Shown here: positions 57,949 through 64,000 of the stretch, in pieces
Numbering within the stretch: the stretch's first letter is position 1
How the letters are laid out: every line of letters begins with the position of its first letter
Assembly: GCA_963805975.1 (NCBI GenBank)
Contig: CAWDVR010000001.1
Span: 448,001 to 512,000 of the forward strand
DNA: 64,000 bases
Source of the DNA: an uncultured Acidobacteriota bacterium
GTDB lineage: Bacteria > Acidobacteriota > Thermoanaerobaculia > Multivoradales > SZUA-115
Direction of reading: 5' to 3'
The notes under the pieces: generated by a model
Database searches by the model: none
What the model saw: the letters and a program-made list of their open reading frames with translations, nothing else
Told to the model about the DNA's origin: nothing
Made by a program: the position numbers and the translations under genes

Positions 57949-59220
57949 ATGCTTAACCCGCTGCCGCTCTTCTGGCTGGCGGCCGGACTGCTCGCCCTCA
58001 CCAGCCTGCTGGTGGTGCTCTCGGCACTGCTCGAAAGGAGCGGGCCGATCCGCCTGCGGCACTTCGCCGAGGAGACCGGCGGCCAGGTGAGCAAGCTCTT
58101 CGACTCGCCGCCGCGCTTCGAGGCCTTCCGCTACCTGCTCTCCTTCCTCGCCAAGGCAATGCCGGCGGCGCTGTGCGTGACCCTGATGCTCTTCTTCCTG
58201 GCGCTCGAAGCGCCGCCGCTCCGGGCGGCGGTGCTCGCCTTCACGGTGGCCGGGCTCCTCGCCCTGATGGTGGAGCTCGCCAACCGGGTGCTCCTGGGCC
58301 GCGACCCGGAGGCGGCCCTCAGCCGGCTGACCCTGCCCTACCGCTTCTCGATCTTCCTCCTGGCGCCGGCCGTGTCGCTGGTGGCGCTCTTTCTGCCGGG
58401 TCTCACCGACAGCCGGGAAGAGCAGCCGGAGGAGGAGGACGAGGCCTCCGAGGAGGAGATCGAGGCGTTCATCGACGTGGGGACCCGGGAAGGCATCCTG
58501 GAGCCCGACCAGGGCGACCTGGTGCGCGGCGTGGTGGACTTCGGCGAGACCCAGGTGAAGAGCGTGATGACGCCGCGGGTCGACATCGTGGCCGCTTCCG
58601 CCTCCGCGACCCTCGAGGAGCTGGTGCCGGTGTTCATCGAGTCCAAGTGCTCGCGCCTGCCGCTCTACGAGGAGTCGATCGACCACGTGGTGGGCATCCT
58701 CCACATCCGCGACCTGCTGGCCGCGCTCTACACGCCGGAGCGGCCCCCGGCCCGGCAGCTCGCCAAGCCGGCGTACGTGGTGCCGATCAGCAAGCCGCTC
58801 GACGAGCTGCTGCGCGAGCTGCAGGCCCGGCGCACGGAGATGGCGATCGTGGTCGACGAGTACGGCGGCACCGCCGGCCTGGTGACGGTGGAGGATCTGG
58901 TGGAGGAGATCGTCGGCGACCTGGGCGACGAGCACGAGGACGTCGACGTGCCGCCCGAGGAGCTCAGCGAGGGCCGCTGGCGGCTCGAGGGCCGCACGCA
59001 CCTCGAGGAGCTCGAGGAGCTGGCGGGCATCGAGATCGAGCCCGGCCCCTACGAGACGGTGGGCGGCCTGATCCTCTCGCTGGCCGGCAAGGTGCCGGAG
59101 CCCGGCACGGTGATCGAAAATCTCGGCCTGGTCTTCACCGTCGACCAGGTGAGCGAGCGCCGCATCGAATGGGTGACGGTCGAGAAGGCGACGGCGGCAG
59201 AGGAGGCTCCCGATGGCTAA
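57949..59220 (+). CDS. Hemolysin/CorC family CBS-domain protein
   Basis: TM region, VMTPRVDI, SRLPLY, IVVDEYGGTAGLVTVEDLVEEIVG, ETVGG. Confidence 0.9.
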   Translation: MLNPLPLFWLAAGLLALTSLLVVLSALLERSGPIRLRHFAEETGGQVSKLFDSPPRFEAFRYLLSFLAKAMPAALCVTLMLFFLALEAPPLRAAVLAFTVAGLLALMVELANRVLLGRDPEAALSRLTLPYRFSIFLLAPAVSLVALFLPGLTDSREEQPEEEDEASEEEIEAFIDVGTREGILEPDQGDLVRGVVDFGETQVKSVMTPRVDIVAASASATLEELVPVFIESKCSRLPLYEESIDHVVGILHIRDLLAALYTPERPPARQLAKPAYVVPISKPLDELLRELQARRTEMAIVVDEYGGTAGLVTVEDLVEEIVGDLGDEHEDVDVPPEELSEGRWRLEGRTHLEELEELAGIEIEPGPYETVGGLILSLAGKVPEPGTVIENLGLVFTVDQVSERRIEWVTVEKATAAEEAPDG

Positions 59221-60127
59221 GTTCGGCACCGTGGCGTTGATCGGCCGCCCCAACGCCGGCAAGTCGACGCTCCTCAACCACTGGCTGGGGGAGAAGCTGT
59301 CGATCGTCTCGGACAAGCCGCAGACCACGCGCCAACGGATCGTCGGCATCCTGTCGAACGAACGCGGCCAGATGGTGTTCTACGACACGCCGGGCGTCCA
59401 CAAGCCGCTCCATCGCCTCAACCGCCAGATGGTGCAGCACGCGGTGACGGCGATGAACGACGCGGACGTGGTCTGCGTGCTGGTCGACGTCTCGCAGCCG
59501 GCGGGGTCGGGCGACGCCTTCCTGATCGAGCTGGTGAAGAAGGCCAGGGCGCCCAAGATCGTGCTCTTCAACAAGATCGACCTGGTCGCCAAGCGCAAGC
59601 TCCTGCCGCGCATGGAGAGCTACTCCCTGGAGAAGGTGTTCGATGAGATCGTGCCCGTCTCGGCGCTCTCGGGCGACGGCGCGGACCTCGCGCTCGACAT
59701 CCTCTGGCAGAAGCTGCCCGAGGGCGAGCCGCGCTTCGACGCCGAGCTCCTGACCACCCATCCCGAACGCTTCCTGGCCGCCGAGCGCATCCGCGAGAAG
59801 GTGCTGGCCGAGACCCGCGACGAGCTGCCGTTCGCCACCGCGGTGGCGATCGAGCGCTGGGAAGAGGACGAGGAGAAGGGCCTGGCGCGGATCTACGCCG
59901 AGCTGATCGTCGAGCGCGAGGGCCAGAAGAAGATCCTGATCGGCAAGGCCGGCGAGCGCGTCAAGTCGATCGGCACCGCCGCGCGGCTCGACCTCGAAGA
60001 GTTCCTCGGCCGCCGCGTGTTCCTCGACCTCCGCGTCAAGGTGGTCGAGGACTGGCGCGAGAGCCGCGGGATGCTGGCGGAGCTGGACCGATTCGTGGGG
60101 CTGGACGGAGACCTGGAAGGCGACTGA
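59213..60127 (+). CDS. era: GTPase Era
   Basis: GRPNAGKS, KPQTTR, DTPG, NKID, IREK, ELPF, KH-domain ILIGKAG. Confidence 0.96.
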   Translation: MAKFGTVALIGRPNAGKSTLLNHWLGEKLSIVSDKPQTTRQRIVGILSNERGQMVFYDTPGVHKPLHRLNRQMVQHAVTAMNDADVVCVLVDVSQPAGSGDAFLIELVKKARAPKIVLFNKIDLVAKRKLLPRMESYSLEKVFDEIVPVSALSGDGADLALDILWQKLPEGEPRFDAELLTTHPERFLAAERIREKVLAETRDELPFATAVAIERWEEDEEKGLARIYAELIVEREGQKKILIGKAGERVKSIGTAARLDLEEFLGRRVFLDLRVKVVEDWRESRGMLAELDRFVGLDGDLEGD

Positions 60128-60132
60128 CAGAG

Positions 60133-60240
60133 CCCTCACCCCATCCCTCTCCCGCAAGCGGGAGAGGGGGCCAGAGCGACGAGATCTTCAGATTTGGTTC
60201 CCTCGCCCCGCGTGAGCGGGGAGAGGGCTAGGGTGAGGGG
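60133..60240. repeat. Family A palindromic repeat, inverted pair (60133-60170, 60199-60240)
   Basis: CCCTCACCCCATCCCTCTCCCGCAAGCGGGAGAGGG and CCCTCGCCCCGC...GCGGGGAGAGGGCTAGGGTGAGGGG, between convergent genes. Confidence 0.88.
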
Positions 60241-60246
60241 ACCTTC

Positions 60247-61815
60247 CTACCGCTGCAGAAACTCCTCCACCGGCACCACCACCACCTTCGCCGGGTTGAT
60301 GCGCAGCGGGTACTTTTCGATCTCCTCGTCCTCGGCCAGCACTGCCGCCGGCTTCTCGTCGGGGTAGGCCATCGGGCTCGGGGTGTCGGCGACCAGGGCC
60401 GTCTTCAAGGCCTCGGCATCGCCGGTGACGATGGCGATCTTCAGGTTCTCGGTCCTGAAGTGGCGCTTCAGCGCGGCGTTCACCTCGTCGCGGGTGAGGG
60501 AGGCCATGGCGGACTCGAACCGCGCCAGGTGCCCGCCGCCGTCGAGGCCATAGAAACGATCGTCGAGCGCGTAGCCCAGCCGCTCGGCCGTGGTCTCGGC
60601 GAAGTGGAGCACGTACTTGGCGAGGAACGAGCGGGTGAGCTGGAACTCCTCCTCGCTCATGCCGCCCGACACCAGGTCCTCGAGCTCGCGCACCGCGGCG
60701 CGCAGGGCGAAATGGGCGTTCTCGTTCGGCAGGGTGCGGATCCAGACCTCGAAGAGCTGCCGCCGCCGGGGCACGTTGACGGGCGGCACGTTGCGGCCGC
60801 CGCCTTCCGGGAAGACCTCGACGTAGGAGTAGTCGCCGTAGTTCATGCCCCGCGCTTCGCGGATCACCTGGTAGAGATGGCTCGCGGTGTTGCGATGCTC
60901 GCCGAGCCAGGAGTTGGCGAGCCACAGGGCGTAGAAGTCGCGCTCGCCGCGGTGCACTTCGAGCGGGAAGCCGAAGCTGATCGAGGCGTCCGCCCCCGGC
61001 TTCGAGACCAGCAGCAGCTCGCGGCCGGCGATCGGCGGCGGCACCGGTGCGGGAGCGGGAGACGGGGCGCCCTCGGGCAGCCGTGCCACCGCGGCCGCGA
61101 GCTCGGCGACCAGCTCCTGCGGATAGCTTCCGCCGAGCGCCACCTCGGCGCTGCCGCGGGTGAACCGCGCCCGATAGAACGACTTGACGTCGTCGAGCGT
61201 GATCGAGGCCACGCCTTCGACCGTGCCCTGCGGCGGGTGGGCGTAGGGCGTGCCGGTGAAGACGAAGCCGTGGAGCGCCGCCTTGCCCAGCTCCTCGTCC
61301 GAGGAGAAGCGCAGCGTCTTTTCGAGGAAGCTCTTCTGGCTGGCCTGCAGGCGCTCGAAGTCCGCGGCGTCGAAGCGCGGTGCGAGGAAGGCCTCGGTGA
61401 AGAGGCCGGTGTAGGCCGCGAGGTTGTCGCGGTGGGCGCGGCCGGTGAACGTCACCCGCTCCTTGTCCACCCGCACGTCGTAGGTCGCGGCCAGCGGGTA
61501 GAGGGCGGCCAGGATCTCCTGGTAGGAACGGCTCCGGGTGCCGCCCTTGGCGAGCAGCGAGGCGGTGAGATAGGTGAGGCCCTCCTTGCCCTGGGGATCG
61601 TCCTGGGAGCCGACGGCGAAGGAGACGGCGAACGCGGTGGTGGGGTCGTCCGGCACCGGCAGCAGCACCGGCCCCGCGGCGGAGCTCGGTCCTCCGGTGG
61701 CCGGGCGTCCGGGGGCCGGGGAGCCGGCGGTCCGGCCCCCGGAGGAGGAGCAGGAGACAGCGACGCCGAGGAGGGCGGTGGTCGCGAGCATCAGCAGCAG
61801 GGTCTTGGTGGTCAC
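60247..61815 (-). CDS. M16B peptidase non-catalytic subunit, probable lipoprotein
   Basis: GTG overlaps the upstream stop; lipobox-like VAVSC; GSQDDPQGKEGL without HxxEH; IREARGMNYG (R/Y pair). Confidence 0.85.
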   Translation of the reverse strand: MTTKTLLLMLATTALLGVAVSCSSSGGRTAGSPAPGRPATGGPSSAAGPVLLPVPDDPTTAFAVSFAVGSQDDPQGKEGLTYLTASLLAKGGTRSRSYQEILAALYPLAATYDVRVDKERVTFTGRAHRDNLAAYTGLFTEAFLAPRFDAADFERLQASQKSFLEKTLRFSSDEELGKAALHGFVFTGTPYAHPPQGTVEGVASITLDDVKSFYRARFTRGSAEVALGGSYPQELVAELAAAVARLPEGAPSPAPAPVPPPIAGRELLLVSKPGADASISFGFPLEVHRGERDFYALWLANSWLGEHRNTASHLYQVIREARGMNYGDYSYVEVFPEGGGRNVPPVNVPRRRQLFEVWIRTLPNENAHFALRAAVRELEDLVSGGMSEEEFQLTRSFLAKYVLHFAETTAERLGYALDDRFYGLDGGGHLARFESAMASLTRDEVNAALKRHFRTENLKIAIVTGDAEALKTALVADTPSPMAYPDEKPAAVLAEDEEIEKYPLRINPAKVVVVPVEEFLQR

Positions 61816-63161
61816 GGGGTCGCTCCTCGCAGGATGCCGACCGTGCGGCGGCCGGGAGTGAGGAAGCGGCGGGCGGCTGCCTGCACGTCCTCCGGGGTGA
61901 CGGCGTCGAGCGTCGCGAACTGGGTCTCGAGGGCCTCGAGGCCGCCCGGCGCAGCGCCCCCCGTCAGGGCCAGGGTCCGCGCCAGGGCGCGGGCCACGCG
62001 GCCGGGCGTGTCGAGGTTCATCAGGAAGGTGTAGCGCTGGCGCGACTTGATCTCGGCGAGGCGCCGGGGATCGGGAGGCGTCGCCTGCAGGCGGGCGATG
62101 GTCTCCTCGATCGCGGTCTCGACCTGGCCGAGCTTGGCCTCGTCCTTCACCACGGCGATCAGGTCGAAGAGGCCGGGGTCGCGGCTGGCACCGCTCTCGG
62201 CGGAGAGCGTCTCGACGCTCTGCTCGTCGAGGACCAGCCGCCGGTAGAGGTCGCTGGTCTCGCCGAAGGCCAGCTCGGCGAGGAGCGAGAGCGCGGCCAT
62301 CGGGCGGCTCGCCGGGTCGAAGCGGTCCTCCTTGTAGGACAGCCAGAGGATGGGGAGCGTCTGCCCGGCGAAGCTCACCTCGAGCCGCCGCTCCGCGGTC
62401 TGCTCGGGCTCCGCCGGCACCCGCGGCGCCGCCAGGCCGGGCTTCCAGGCTTCGTAGTGCTTGCGGATGAGGGCCACCGTGGGCTCCACCTCCACGTCGC
62501 CGGTCACCAGCACCACACAGTTCTCCGGCCGGTAGAAGCGGGAGAAGAAGCCCTTCGAGTAGTCGAACATCGTGGGCATGGCCGCGATGTCCGCTTCGAA
62601 GCCGATGGTGGTGTGGCCGTAGGTGTGGGCAGTGAAGGCCTTGGCACGGAGCGCCTCGTAGAGCACGAAGAACGGGCTGCTCTTGGACTTCCGGTATTCC
62701 CCGTAGACGGCGCCGGCCTCGGTCTTGAAGGCGGTCTCCGGGTAGGCGAGGTTCATGAAGCGGTCGCTCTCGATGTCGACGGCGAGCGGCAGGTCCGCGG
62801 CGGCGATGCCCATGTAGTAGCCGGTGTAGTCGTCCCAGGTGGCGGCGTTGGCGTCGGCCCCCATCTCGGTGAGCTTGCCGTTGTAGACCTCGGCCGGGTA
62901 CTTCTCGGTGCCGCGGTACATCATGTGCTCGAAGAAGTGGGCGAAGCCGGAGTGCCCGGCCTCCACCTCGTCCCGCGAGCCGGTGCGCACGATCGTCCAG
63001 TAGGAGACGAGGCCTCCAGAGCTCATCGGGATGACGATGACGGTGAGGCCGTTGTCGAGCTTCGTGGTGTGCGCCGGGTAGGGAAAGAGCCGCGCCGCGT
63101 GGGCGGCCGGGGCCGTCCCGACGAGGGTGGCGAGGGCGGCCAGCAAGGCGATCTTGGTCAA
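61812..63161 (-). CDS. M16B zinc peptidase catalytic subunit, exported
   Basis: GAGGAGG + TTG; signal peptide; LDNGL, GSRDE, GFAHFFEHMM, ESDRF, FYRPEN. Confidence 0.92.
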   Translation of the reverse strand: MTKIALLAALATLVGTAPAAHAARLFPYPAHTTKLDNGLTVIVIPMSSGGLVSYWTIVRTGSRDEVEAGHSGFAHFFEHMMYRGTEKYPAEVYNGKLTEMGADANAATWDDYTGYYMGIAAADLPLAVDIESDRFMNLAYPETAFKTEAGAVYGEYRKSKSSPFFVLYEALRAKAFTAHTYGHTTIGFEADIAAMPTMFDYSKGFFSRFYRPENCVVLVTGDVEVEPTVALIRKHYEAWKPGLAAPRVPAEPEQTAERRLEVSFAGQTLPILWLSYKEDRFDPASRPMAALSLLAELAFGETSDLYRRLVLDEQSVETLSAESGASRDPGLFDLIAVVKDEAKLGQVETAIEETIARLQATPPDPRRLAEIKSRQRYTFLMNLDTPGRVARALARTLALTGGAAPGGLEALETQFATLDAVTPEDVQAAARRFLTPGRRTVGILRGATP

Positions 63162-63346
63162 GGTTTCCTCCTCGCTCGCGGGGTGACCGAATCCTGGCTC
63201 GGAAGGAGGCCCGCGGCGGGCGGGATGATATCCGAGCGGCGCCCGGCAAGGCCCTGTCGTAGGCGGCGCGAGCACCGGTAACCGCAAGCACCGGCACGGT
63301 TTTGCGGCCTTTTCGGCCCTCTTCGCCATGCTACGATCGCGCGGCC

Positions 63347-64000
63347 ATGGAAGAGACCGCCGCCCGCCGGCTCGACCGCCTGACGGACATGCTGCGCAAG
63401 CTGGTGCGGCGCGCCGCGCGGCCCAATCTGTCGAAGCTCCTGGGCAAGCTGCGGCCGGGGGACGTGGCCATTGCGCTCCGCGCGATGACCCCGGCCGAGC
63501 GCTTCGCCGTCTTCCGCGTGCTGATCGAGGACTACCCGGACGCGGCCGGCGACGTGCTGACCGATCTCGAGACCTCGCAGCGCATCGAACTGCTCGAGAA
63601 GCTCGAGCTCCCGGAGATCGCCGGCATCCTGCGGCGCCTGGCGGTCGACGACGCGGTGTTCCTCGTCGATTCGCTGCCCTCGGACCTGCGCGAGAAAGTG
63701 CTCGAGCTGGTCGACCTGCAGCGCGACCTGGAAGACGTCCAGACCCAGCTCGCCTACGAGGAGGCCACCGCCGGCCGCCTGATGGACACGGCGTTCTTCG
63801 CCCTGCCGGACAGCACCACCGTGGCCGAGGCGATCGCCGCCATCCAGGGCCAGGAGCAGGTGGAGATGATCTTCTATCTCTACGTGGTGGACGGCCAGGG
63901 CCGGCTGGCGGGCGTGACCTCGCTGCGGCAGCTCCTGCTCTCGAACCCCAAGCGAACGCTCGGCGAGATCATGCAGAGCGACGTGATCCAGGCCCATACC
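63347..64000 (+). CDS. mgtE: Magnesium transporter MgtE, partial (runs off the window)
   Basis: Manual translation: MgtE N-domain (..DDAVFLV..), YEEATAGRLMD, CBS IFYLYVVD..LAGVTSLRQLL. Confidence 0.9.
   Translation, partial: MEETAARRLDRLTDMLRKLVRRAARPNLSKLLGKLRPGDVAIALRAMTPAERFAVFRVLIEDYPDAAGDVLTDLETSQRIELLEKLELPEIAGILRRLAVDDAVFLVDSLPSDLREKVLELVDLQRDLEDVQTQLAYEEATAGRLMDTAFFALPDSTTVAEAIAAIQGQEQVEMIFYLYVVDGQGRLAGVTSLRQLLLSNPKRTLGEIMQSDVIQAHT

Noticed and set aside
53909-60127. phoH-HD-ybeY-corC-era cluster as a novel system
   Set aside because: Well-known conserved gene neighbourhood
63292-63305. Sigma54-like CGGCACGGTTTTGC before mgtE
   Set aside because: GG-GC spacing is one base short; an extended -10 explains the region better; no M-box-sized leader

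Overview
Very GC-rich (about 70% by eye), gene-dense bacterial chromosome segment. It is probably from Acidobacteriota, Thermoanaerobaculia-like (inference from the IPTL-CTERM protein, the tandem Acidobacterial-type VWA proteins and the repeated ...GYFWFF...KVLDG...WVFYGALS C-terminal domain). I found no rRNA, tRNA, CRISPR array, transposase or prophage. Most long ORFs in the supplied track are antisense or off-frame shadows. The real content is: secreted proteases and surface proteins (S8, M6+VWA, metzincin-like, an M16 pair, a DUF11/IPTL-CTERM protein), pbpC, osmC, lepB, divergent speA and rocF, a PDZ-TM-GAF-GGDEF cyclase, a moxR-DUF58-DUF4381(frameshifted)-batA-batB-batC-batDE operon, lgt-thiD-ypdA, three VWA paralogs, nnr-tsaE-hbd, phoH-7TM/HD-ybeY-corC-era and a partial mgtE. 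The main signals the ORF track misses are: (1) a hidden ArsC/Spx-like putative selenoprotein (39301-39630, minus strand) with an in-frame TGA in a U-x-x-C motif followed by a SECIS-like hairpin; (2) four families of REP-like palindromes, some read in frame within batD and thiD or supplying the phoH stop codon; (3) sigma54-type -24/-12 motifs, including an exact one before the Bat operon and one before a structured RNA candidate; (4) a recurring leaderless-type promoter layout and probable CTG starts.
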